DNA of 64,000 bases from NCBI GenBank assembly GCA_965231085.1, contig OZ246413.1:270638-334637 (forward strand), read 5' to 3'. The position numbers and the translations under genes were made by a program. The DNA is from an uncultured Candidatus Saccharibacteria bacterium (lineage in GTDB: Bacteria; Patescibacteriota; Saccharimonadia; Saccharimonadales; UBA10212). Each line of letters opens with the position of its first letter. The first letter of the stretch is position 1. Shown here one piece after another: positions 56,843 through 64,000 of the stretch. The notes beneath the pieces were generated by a model. It did not search any database and was not told where the DNA came from. It worked only from the letters and a program-made list of their open reading frames with translations.

Positions 56843-57259
56843 TTAAGCCTCCTCCTTAACCGCAAACGAAGTTTTGATAGGCAGTTTGTGCCCGGCTAGT
56901 CTCATAGCTTCGCGGGCAACTTCTTCAGTAATTCCGTCCATCTCAAACATGACAGTGCCTGGCTTGACCTTAGCTACAAAGAATTCTGGGTTGCCTTTGC
57001 CGCTACCCATTTTTACGTCCTGGGGCTTACGGGTAACTGGAGTATGAGGAAAAATTCTAATCCAAATTTGCCCACCACGCTTTACGTAACGGCTCATTGC
57101 TTGACGAGCTGCTTCAATTTGGCGGCTCGTAATTCGCTCGGATTCCTGAGCTACTAGTCCGTAACGTCCATAGGCAATGGTGTTTAATGACGTAGCTGTG
57201 CCGCCATTAATCTTACCCTTGCGAACCTTGCGGAATTTAGTACGAGAAGGCATTAACAT
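56843..57259 (-). CDS. rplP: 50S ribosomal protein L16
   Basis: [18 protein letters not shown] at 57257-57259. Confidence 0.9.
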   Translation of the reverse strand: MLMPSRTKFRKVRKGKINGGTATSLNTIAYGRYGLVAQESERITSRQIEAARQAMSRYVKRGGQIWIRIFPHTPVTRKPQDVKMGSGKGNPEFFVAKVKPGTVMFEMDGITEEVAREAMRLAGHKLPIKTSFAVKEEA

Positions 57260-57260
57260 C

Positions 57261-57890
57261 TTACTTTTCTCCTCGGTAAATCCAAACTTTAACGCCAATT
57301 ATGCCAGCACCTGGATACTGAGCTCGAGCCTTGGCAAAGTCAATGTCGGCTCTGATTGTATGTAGTGGAACAGACCCTTCAACGACTTTCTCGCGACGAC
57401 TCATTTCGGCACCTCCAAGACGCCCAGCTACCTCAATACGAATACCTTTGGCTCCGGCACGCATGGTAGACGCAGCAGTAGACTTAACGGCTCTTCGGAA
57501 TGAAATACGTCTCTCAAGCTGATGCGCTACGTTCTCGGCCACCAATTTGGCTTGCAATTCTGGCCGCTTTATCTCTTCAATATTTACTCGTACTGGTACG
57601 CCGTAAATTTTCTCTATCTCAGATTTTAATTCGCTGGCGCCCGAACCACCACGGCCAATAACCACGCCGGCCTTGGCTGTCTGAACAGTTACAGTTACAA
57701 GGTTTGGTGAACGTTCGATATCAACCTTGCTGATTGCTGCGCGTGAGCCAAGCTTTGTCTCTATCATTCGTCGTACTGACAAATCTTGTTTTAGATAATT
57801 AGCATACTCTCGTTTACCAGCAAACCATTTTGATCGCCAGTCCTTATTCACCTGAAGACGCATGCTGATTGGATTTACTTTTTGACCCAT
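57261..57890 (-). CDS. rpsC: 30S ribosomal protein S3
   Basis: [24 protein letters not shown] and a KH domain. Confidence 0.92.
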   Translation of the reverse strand: MGQKVNPISMRLQVNKDWRSKWFAGKREYANYLKQDLSVRRMIETKLGSRAAISKVDIERSPNLVTVTVQTAKAGVVIGRGGSGASELKSEIEKIYGVPVRVNIEEIKRPELQAKLVAENVAHQLERRISFRRAVKSTAASTMRAGAKGIRIEVAGRLGGAEMSRREKVVEGSVPLHTIRADIDFAKARAQYPGAGIIGVKVWIYRGEK

Positions 57891-58255
57891 TACTTAGTCT
57901 CCTTAGGTGCCTTAATTTCGCGTTTATCTCCGTCGACAACGACTCTGATATGACTTGTTTTACGTTCAAACGGCAACGCACGTCCGCGAGCAGCTGGGCG
58001 ATACCGTTTAAATCGTGGGCCATGGGTTACAGAAATTTCGGTTATAACGAGGGTAGCGGGCTTATAGTTATGGTTGTGCTCCGCGTTAGCCCGGGCAGAC
58101 TTAATTGTGTCGGCTACAGCCTTGGCTGATCGGCGTGGAGTATGCTCTAGGATCGTTAGTGCGTCTGCAACAGTCCGGCCGCGAACCAAATCAGCAACTA
58201 CGCCCACTTTGCGTGGACTCATTCTGACTCCTTTAGCGATTGATATAACGGCCAT
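57890..58255 (-). CDS. rplV: 50S ribosomal protein L22
   Basis: RMSPRKVGVVADLVRGRTVADALTILE. Confidence 0.92.
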   Translation of the reverse strand: MAVISIAKGVRMSPRKVGVVADLVRGRTVADALTILEHTPRRSAKAVADTIKSARANAEHNHNYKPATLVITEISVTHGPRFKRYRPAARGRALPFERKTSHIRVVVDGDKREIKAPKETK

Positions 58256-58257
58256 AA

Positions 58258-58542
58258 TTAACCTCTTGTCTCCTGAGATTTAGCTAATTTTCCACCATGA
58301 CCACGGAACTTACGAGTCGGCGAAAATTCGCCAAGCTTGTGACCTACCATATTCTCGGTAATGAATACTGGTACATGAACCTTACCGTTATGAACGGCAA
58401 CCGTCCGACCAACAAAGTCTGGCGAGATAGTACTGGCCCGTGCCCAGGTTTTAATCACTGTGCGGTCATCGTTACCAAGAGCAGCAATCTTCTTAGCTAG
58501 CTTAGGGTCAACGAATGGTCCTTTTTTAAGAGATCTGCTCAT
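58258..58542 (-). CDS. rpsS: 30S ribosomal protein S19
   Basis: [15 protein letters not shown]...[16 protein letters not shown]. Confidence 0.92.
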   Translation of the reverse strand: MSRSLKKGPFVDPKLAKKIAALGNDDRTVIKTWARASTISPDFVGRTVAVHNGKVHVPVFITENMVGHKLGEFSPTRKFRGHGGKLAKSQETRG

Positions 58543-58543
58543 C

Positions 58544-59380
58544 TTATTTCCTCTTTCCTAAGTGTCGGCTTCTTACAATAAATTTATTAGACTTACGGCG
58601 AGTTCTAGTTTTGTAGCCAAGAGTCTTTTGACCCCATGGCGTTCGGGGATCTTTAGCAGTACCGTGACGTCCACCATCTCCACCACCGTGTGGATGGTCG
58701 ACTGCGTTCATAACTACACCGCGAACTGCCGGACGAATACCCATGTGTCGCTTACGTCCAGCTGAGCCAATATTGATGTTCTGGTGTTGTTCGTTGCCAA
58801 TAACACCAATCGTAGCCATGCAGTTGACGTTAATCATTCTAACTTCGCCGCTTGGCAACCGTACTTGTGCGTAATCTTCTTCCTTGGCCAGCAATTGAGC
58901 ACTGGTGCCAGCTGAGCGGACTAACTGGGCCCCTCTACCAACCTGAAGCTCAACAGCGTGAATCTGGGTACCAGTCGGGATGTTTTTTAAAGGTAGGCGG
59001 TTTCCGGTTTCGATTGAAGCTTCATCGGATACCTTAATTTTTGTACCTGGTTTCATGCCTTTAGCTGCTAGAACATAGTGATACTTGCCCTTAACATCCT
59101 TAATCCTAGCGATTCTAGCACTTCTAATTGGGTCGTATTCAATGTGCTCTACAACTGCTTCAAGACCATCGGTTAAGCTAAAGCTAACCAATCGGTAGTA
59201 TTGTCGGACACCACCACCGCGGTGTCGGGTAGTGATTCGGCCCTGATTATTTCGACCACTATTAGCCTTTCTGATGCGGATAAGGCTCTTAACTGGCTTA
59301 TTCGTAGTAATGCCATCAAAATCCTGAGTGGTCATGCCTCTGCGAGCAGGGGTAGTTGGGTTATAAGCTTTAATAGCCAT
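58544..59380 (-). CDS. rplB: 50S ribosomal protein L2
   Basis: [16 protein letters not shown]...[10 protein letters not shown]. Confidence 0.92.
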   Translation of the reverse strand: MAIKAYNPTTPARRGMTTQDFDGITTNKPVKSLIRIRKANSGRNNQGRITTRHRGGGVRQYYRLVSFSLTDGLEAVVEHIEYDPIRSARIARIKDVKGKYHYVLAAKGMKPGTKIKVSDEASIETGNRLPLKNIPTGTQIHAVELQVGRGAQLVRSAGTSAQLLAKEEDYAQVRLPSGEVRMINVNCMATIGVIGNEQHQNINIGSAGRKRHMGIRPAVRGVVMNAVDHPHGGGDGGRHGTAKDPRTPWGQKTLGYKTRTRRKSNKFIVRSRHLGKRK

Positions 59381-59718
59381 TACTTCTTCTCCCTAGCTGG
59401 CTTTTCAGTAGATTCGGCTTCAACAGCAGCAAAAATTGGTAGTTTTTGGCCTTCTTCAAGTGTTACGTACGCCTTACTGACATCGTTGCGAGTAATTGCT
59501 AGCGCTCGGCCCCGCTTTTTGTAGCTCCGTTTGCTTTTACCAGCAATGTTGGCAATTCTTACAGATTTGACCTTCACACCAAATTGAGTAGCCACGGCTT
59601 CGCCGACAGACTGCTTGTTAGCGCTAGCCGGTACATCAAACACATACACATTCAGCGCCTCGCTAACAGCGTAGGTTTTTTCACTCATTCGGGGACTAAT
59701 CAGCATAGTATTACTCAT
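59380..59718 (-). CDS. rplW: 50S ribosomal protein L23
   Basis: LISPRMSEKTYAVSE...YVFDVPASANK. Position between rplD and rplB. Confidence 0.9.
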   Translation of the reverse strand: MSNTMLISPRMSEKTYAVSEALNVYVFDVPASANKQSVGEAVATQFGVKVKSVRIANIAGKSKRSYKKRGRALAITRNDVSKAYVTLEEGQKLPIFAAVEAESTEKPAREKK

Positions 59719-60352
59719 TCTTTGCTCCTAGCCAGTCGTGCACCATCTCTAGTGCTTTTTTGCTAATAACAATGCAATCTGCATTCATTACATCAAACAC
59801 GTTCAGATACTTAGCTTGTACGGCCTTAACCTTTAGCAGATTGCGAGTAGCTCGTTCAACCAGATTATCTTTGTCAGACACAACTAAAAGCACGTTGCCC
59901 TCGGCCTTGATTTTATTGAGTAAGGTAACCGTTGGCTTAACTTTGCCCTCTGGGCACTCAAATGTCTCAATAACCATAATCCGATTTTCGCTAGAGGCGA
60001 GACTCAATGCCTGCTTCAATGCTTGGCGCTTAGCGCTTACGTTAAGTTTGCGAGTATAGTTCTCGTCGCCAGTTGGGCCAAAGGCAGCTCCACCCTTTCT
60101 CCAAATTGGGTTGCGACTAGAACCGAACCGAGCCCGGCCAGTGCCCTTTTGACGCCATGGCTTAATACCGCCACCGGATACGTCACCCCGAGTCTTAGCT
60201 ACAGCCAAATTTGGTCGTTTATTAGCCAGATATGCAAGATAGGCGTCCTTTAGCAATTGATGATTTTTGACTTCAACACCAAAAACATCCTTGTTTAGCT
60301 TGGCAGGAGTAGTAGCTTTAGCGCCACTCTTCGTATAAGTTGCTACTGACAT
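59711..60352 (-). CDS. rplD: 50S ribosomal protein L4
   Basis: GGGIKPWRQKGTGRARFGSSRNPIWRKGG. Confidence 0.92.
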   Translation of the reverse strand: MSVATYTKSGAKATTPAKLNKDVFGVEVKNHQLLKDAYLAYLANKRPNLAVAKTRGDVSGGGIKPWRQKGTGRARFGSSRNPIWRKGGAAFGPTGDENYTRKLNVSAKRQALKQALSLASSENRIMVIETFECPEGKVKPTVTLLNKIKAEGNVLLVVSDKDNLVERATRNLLKVKAVQAKYLNVFDVMNADCIVISKKALEMVHDWLGAKNE

Positions 60353-60963
60353 TACTTAGCCTCCTTAACTAAAACTGTGCCTTTTCGAGGTCCAGGCACA
60401 GCTCCAACAACACCAATCACATCAAGCTCAGTATCCACTAGCGCCACCTTTAGACGCTTACTGGTAACCTGCACATGGCCCATCTGACCGGACATCTTTT
60501 TACCTGGGAAAATTCGCTGTGGGTATTGTGAGCCAATCGATCCAGGGCGGCGTAAACTTTTGCCACCGTGAGTTTTACGGCCACGCTTAAAATTATGGCG
60601 CTTAATCGTTCCGGCAAAACCCTTGCCTTTAGTAATACCGGTAACATCTACAAGATCGCCAACATTAAAAACGTCGGCGCTTAACTTGTCGCCGACCTTT
60701 GTTTCATCTGTTATTTCACTAACGCGGAATTCACGAACAATCTTTGGAATAATTCCTGCAAGTTTAAATTGACCCTGTGTACTCTTACCAGCCTTCTTAT
60801 TTTCACCGTAACCTAGAGCAACGGCCTGATAGCCATTTACTTCATCGGTTTTAATACTCGTAATAACGTTAGGTGTGGCAGAAAGCAAGGTAATACCAAC
60901 AGCTGAGCCATCATCCGAAATGATGCTCGTCATGCCAATTTTTTTCGTTACAAGTGCTTTCAC
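60352..60963 (-). CDS. rplC: 50S ribosomal protein L3
   Basis: VKALVTKKIGMTSII...GKGFAGTIKRHNF. The GTG at 60961-60963 with AAGGAA 7 nt upstream is preferred over the track start at 61002. Confidence 0.9.
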   Translation of the reverse strand: MKALVTKKIGMTSIISDDGSAVGITLLSATPNVITSIKTDEVNGYQAVALGYGENKKAGKSTQGQFKLAGIIPKIVREFRVSEITDETKVGDKLSADVFNVGDLVDVTGITKGKGFAGTIKRHNFKRGRKTHGGKSLRRPGSIGSQYPQRIFPGKKMSGQMGHVQVTSKRLKVALVDTELDVIGVVGAVPGPRKGTVLVKEAK

Positions 60964-61112
60964 TTCTAATTCCTTACGTTTTAGCTGATAAAGCTGGCCC
61001 ACATTTGTTTGTTGGCTTGCAATCTAAAAGCCTTGGTAATAGCAGTTTCTACCCCTGTTAGCGGTGCAGACTTGCTATCAAGCCAAGACCATAAATTTGC
61101 TTTACTCCGAAC

Positions 61113-61142
61113 AGATTACCACAAAAGCCCAACCCCTGTCAA
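61113..61142 (-). promoter_or_regulatory. Strong sigma70-like promoter restarting rplC and the downstream genes
   Basis: Minus sense: TTGACA (61142-61137), 18-nt spacer ending in TGg, TAATCT (61118-61113). It begins about 20 nt after the RT stop. Confidence 0.55.
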
Positions 61143-61163
61143 TCCGCTGTAAATATTACAAAA

Positions 61164-62240
61164 TTAGAATGGGATGTCGTCGTCAAATGATAGTTGATTT
61201 GGGTGAATAGCTGTTCTCCCAAGCCATCTATTGAAAATAATCCTATCGTTCCAGAAATACTCTTCGTAACTTACTCTGTCTAAGGTCAACTCATCATCGG
61301 GCTCAATTACGTTGTAGCTATACGCGGCTTTATTAGCCATTACTTCTTGCACAAGCTCTAGCAGGATTCGTTCGTCTCTAGAGAGTCTACGTAAAACCGT
61401 TCGACCACTAGATGGTTTGGAATCTGGGTCGATTGTTACGTTTAATAAGCCGTTGATCCCACTAGCGTATTGGTACGGGTCCCCAGCACTTCCATCAAGG
61501 TGGCTAATTTTACGACGTAGCTCATTACGAAAATTTCTTAGAAGTTGATTTCGTAATTGAATCCTACCACCGGGGTTGATTTGTATTCCCGTCACATTTA
61601 TTGGGCCATGCTTGATGTCCTGAACTCTGGTCTTAGATTCATTAATCTCAAACATGTACTGAGCAATTATCTCTCTTATATCTCGACGTTTTCGTTTACC
61701 GATTGAATCTGTAGCTAATTCTCCGGTGTCGGGACTTGAGAACACTAAATCATCCATATACCGGGTATAAATTATCCCAACCCTTCTACAATAGTCTGCT
61801 ATAGCAAGGTCCATATCTAGGCAGTATGCATTGAATAGGCGCGGTGAGCTTGGTCCTCCCATTACCAAACCAGCTCCGTCAGGTGATAAGCAAGACTCGT
61901 TTAATATTTTTAATATTGTTTCGTGGTCAAGCGGCTCGTTAATCGCAAACTGCAACCTGAAAAGTCTATCCGCTAAGACAGGCATATCCACCTGACCATA
62001 CGCTCTGGCTAGATCAATCTGAAAAAAATAACGCGAGCCAGAGTGTCGTAGGGCATTCTCGGCAATATTATTCCCTCTTAGCCCTCCAGTCGCATAATCA
62101 AATTCAATGCCGGTTTTATCAAAGTAATGATTGATGACCTCATGCTCCTCTCGCATCAGGTCATTAGGCGCCCAAACACGCCTGTTACCGGCGTACATTA
62201 AGTGCCACGCGCTAGTCTCACTTGAGTTTGCTTTTGTCAT
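61164..62240 (-). CDS. Retron-type reverse transcriptase
   Basis: NALRH (aa 62-66, NAxxH); FFQIDLARAY (motif A, D76); GLVMGGPSSPRLFNAY (motif B); RYMDDLVFS (YxDD, aa 161-164); INESKT; NVTGIQI (VTG, aa 216-218). There is no maturase/endonuclease domain. Length 358 aa. Confidence 0.8.
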   Translation of the reverse strand: MTKANSSETSAWHLMYAGNRRVWAPNDLMREEHEVINHYFDKTGIEFDYATGGLRGNNIAENALRHSGSRYFFQIDLARAYGQVDMPVLADRLFRLQFAINEPLDHETILKILNESCLSPDGAGLVMGGPSSPRLFNAYCLDMDLAIADYCRRVGIIYTRYMDDLVFSSPDTGELATDSIGKRKRRDIREIIAQYMFEINESKTRVQDIKHGPINVTGIQINPGGRIQLRNQLLRNFRNELRRKISHLDGSAGDPYQYASGINGLLNVTIDPDSKPSSGRTVLRRLSRDERILLELVQEVMANKAAYSYNVIEPDDELTLDRVSYEEYFWNDRIIFNRWLGRTAIHPNQLSFDDDIPF

Positions 62241-62327
62241 AAATATAAATTAGCGATGAAATATCAATTCCCTAAACCCCGAAGGGCAAGAGATGTTTGA
62301 TATTCCACCGCATAGGGGCGCGTCAGG

Positions 62328-62567
62328 GGGGATCTTGGGGACCCCTGGTGTCAGGAGTTGTTTACCCGACGCTCCTCGGCTCACCAGCGCGGTCAGTGCA
62401 CATCCAGTCGAACCCATAGCTGCCTGGAGTCACCGTTCTCTGCGCCTAGATACCTCAGATCACTTGTGTCTTAGCTTTGTATGAGCTAAGCCGAGCCGGA
62501 ACTCCCTATCCCGAAGGATTAGCAGTCCCCGCACTGTTGGTTGATGTTATGCATCCCCAAGATCCCC
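62328..62567 (-). ncRNA. Retron msr-msd-like non-coding RNA candidate, closed by a1/a2 inverted repeats
   Basis: Lies directly upstream of the RT on the same strand. The 14-bp perfect IR ggggatcttgggga (62328-62341) / tccccaagatcccc (62554-62567) encloses about 240 nt. About 63% GC on line 62341-62400. Internal hairpins are present; see the findings. Confidence 0.6.
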
Positions 62568-62625
62568 TCATGCTATACAAGCAGCACCTGCTCATGATGT
62601 TCGAGCAGCTGACCACCTAGCTGTG

Positions 62626-62655
62626 AATATACCACAATATTTAACCCCGGGTCAC
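62626..62655 (-). promoter_or_regulatory. Promoter candidate for the ncRNA-RT unit
   Basis: Minus sense: GTGACC (62655-62650), 18-nt spacer, extended -10 TGgTATATT (62634-62626). Confidence 0.35.
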
Positions 62656-62673
62656 GTTGTTGTCCACGTTATT

Positions 62674-63117
62674 CTAGTAAATTATTTTGTGTGTCTTTGC
62701 GATATCAAGTGCCTTGTCAATCTGCGAGTGAAGCGGCGTTGGCAAATTTGATATATTAAACCAACCAATTTCATCGATTTTGTCCGGTTCACCGATTTTT
62801 ATTTTATCTGGGTCAAGAAGTACGCTATGCAGTAAGGCGACCCAGTGAGTCGGCCGGCCATTGTGCTGGCGATGCGCCTCATAAGCTCCAAGAAAATCTA
62901 TCTTTAGCGGCTTTGTCAGATACTCCTCTGCTATCTCGCGAGTTACTGCCTGTTCCATAGTCTCACCAAATTCGACAGCTCCACCACCAATATCCCACTT
63001 TCCTTGCTCGTCCCTGGCCTTAGCTCCACGTTTTTGTAATAGGATCTTGCCTGAGCCGTCGTGTGCAATAAAACACACTGTGACTCCTATAAAGTTAATT
63101 CCTCGCTGCTTATCCAT
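62674..63117 (-). CDS. Nudix hydrolase
   Basis: Nudix box GGAVEFGETMEQAVTREIAEEY matches Gx5Ex7REUxEE. Confidence 0.85.
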   Translation of the reverse strand: MDKQRGINFIGVTVCFIAHDGSGKILLQKRGAKARDEQGKWDIGGGAVEFGETMEQAVTREIAEEYLTKPLKIDFLGAYEAHRQHNGRPTHWVALLHSVLLDPDKIKIGEPDKIDEIGWFNISNLPTPLHSQIDKALDIAKTHKIIY

Positions 63118-63127
63118 ATACCGCTTT

Positions 63128-63556
63128 TTAACCTAATATACTGTGCAGTTCCACAGACGGAAGCCCGGTTTTATAATCTAGACCTGCATCACGGCAATCA
63201 GCGATTAGTCCGACAAGATCAATAACTAGCTCCTCGTCTATTCTGCCTATGCTAGGCCCATGGGATCTGGCGATGTCCAGCAAGTCATCCTTACAATCAC
63301 GGACTTTAGCTATTTCGGCGTCATATAAATCGGTAGTGGCGCTTCGGTCCGATCGCTCAAATTCAAGTCTTGATATTAAATCTGCAATTGCAGCCTTCAT
63401 AGCAATGACTGCCGGAGATTCTGGGCTTGTCTCAGACACAGCCGGCGAGGCTACGCCTTCGCGACCGGCTAATGGGAACGATTCTGCAAATGCAACTAGA
63501 TCAGACATATCTGTGTAATCTCTACCTTCTTCAACTGGGTGTTCTGGAACCGACAT
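63128..63556 (-). CDS. Acidic hypothetical protein (142 aa)
   Basis: SD AAGGAG lies 8 nt upstream of the ATG. D/E-rich; no motif recognised. Confidence 0.5.
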   Translation of the reverse strand: MSVPEHPVEEGRDYTDMSDLVAFAESFPLAGREGVASPAVSETSPESPAVIAMKAAIADLISRLEFERSDRSATTDLYDAEIAKVRDCKDDLLDIARSHGPSIGRIDEELVIDLVGLIADCRDAGLDYKTGLPSVELHSILG

Positions 63557-63592
63557 AGCGTTAACTCCTTATATAAAAACCATATTAGCACG

Positions 63593-63614
63593 AAAAAACC
63601 GCCGAATGGCGGTT
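63593..63614 (-). terminator. Rho-independent terminator immediately after rpsJ
   Basis: Stem aaccgcc / ggcggtt with loop gaat; the minus sense is followed by U6. Confidence 0.7.
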
Positions 63615-63637
63615 TAATCAACTTTATTGTCCTTAAG

Positions 63638-63967
63638 TTACATCTTTATTTCGGCGTCGCAACCTGCAGGCAGAGATAGGTTCATTAAACTATCAATTGT
63701 CTTAGGAGTTGGATCGGTAATATCAATCAACCTCTTGTGGACTCTCATCTCAAACTGCTCACGACCTTTTTTGTAGACATGCGGGCTTTTGACTACTGTG
63801 AATGTGCTTTTGCGAGTCGGCAGAGGTATAGGACCGGCAATTTTAGCGCCAGTCCTAAGCGCAGTTTCTACAATCTGTTTAGCCGATTGGTCGATAACTT
63901 TGTGATCGTACGCCTTTAGACGGATACGAATGCGCTGCTTTACTTCTGCTTCTTTTACTTCTGCCAT
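63638..63967 (-). CDS. rpsJ: 30S ribosomal protein S10
   Basis: [41 protein letters not shown]. Confidence 0.92.
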   Translation of the reverse strand: MAEVKEAEVKQRIRIRLKAYDHKVIDQSAKQIVETALRTGAKIAGPIPLPTRKSTFTVVKSPHVYKKGREQFEMRVHKRLIDITDPTPKTIDSLMNLSLPAGCDAEIKM

Positions 63968-63968
63968 G

Positions 63969-64000
63969 TTATTTTACGATTTTTGTAACAACACCGGCGC
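63969..64000 (-). CDS. tuf: Elongation factor Tu, C-terminal end (runs off the window end)
   Basis: Hand translation ...AGVVTKIVK*, with the stop 1 nt before the rpsJ ATG. tuf-rpsJ synteny is typical. Confidence 0.6.
   Translation of the reverse strand, partial: AGVVTKIVK

Noticed and set aside
62293-62484. ORF 62293..62484 (plus) inside the retron ncRNA region.
   Set aside because: It is antisense to the RT transcription unit, has no SD, and its G/R/P/S-rich product lies entirely within inverted-repeat-bounded structured sequence.
1-64000. CRISPR arrays, transposases/IS elements, integrases and rRNA genes.
   Set aside because: I saw no regularly spaced direct repeats, no DDE/serine/tyrosine recombinase motifs in any ORF, and no rRNA-like sequence while reading the window.

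Overview
This is a 64-kb chromosomal segment. Hand counts on single 60-nt lines give about 32-50% GC for ordinary genes. Nearly all of it is housekeeping, mostly on the minus strand. It holds two ribosomal-protein superclusters: rpmG-secE-nusG-rplKA...rplJL, and tuf-rpsJ...S10/spc/alpha...rplQ-rplM-rpsI. It also holds replication genes (dnaB, dnaX, holB, recR), cysS, trpS, thyA-folA, five tRNAs and envelope genes (two GT4 glycosyltransferases, MprF-like, PAP2, VKOR). There is no room for rpmD between rpsE and rplO and no adk/map after secY. With the small genes and Lys/Ala-rich r-protein tails, this suggests a Patescibacteria/CPR genome, possibly Saccharibacteria; that is inference only. Non-ordinary content: (1) A retron-like module sits inside the S10 operon between rpsJ and rplC. 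It has a reverse transcriptase with NAxxH, YMDD and VTG motifs, and an upstream ~230-nt GC-rich structured region closed by a perfect 14-bp inverted repeat. A Nudix hydrolase and an acidic 142-aa ORF lie upstream. A terminator follows rpsJ and a strong promoter restarts rplC. (2) Three single-gene islands of ~62-65% GC with strong GC3 skew lie at 395-826, 1755-2360 and 3262-3711. They are interleaved with native AT-rich genes, and two are bracketed by 10-13 bp inverted repeats. (3) An unassigned ~330-nt GC-rich structured RNA candidate with its own promoter lies at 6961-7327. (4) A class-1 OLD-family ATPase/Toprim nuclease island abuts the 3' end of tRNA-Gln. (5) A dCTP-deaminase-like gene and a thymidylate-kinase fusion sit between rplA and rplJ. 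No CRISPR array, transposase or rRNA was seen. All calls come from reading the sequence and ORF translations; no database search was possible.
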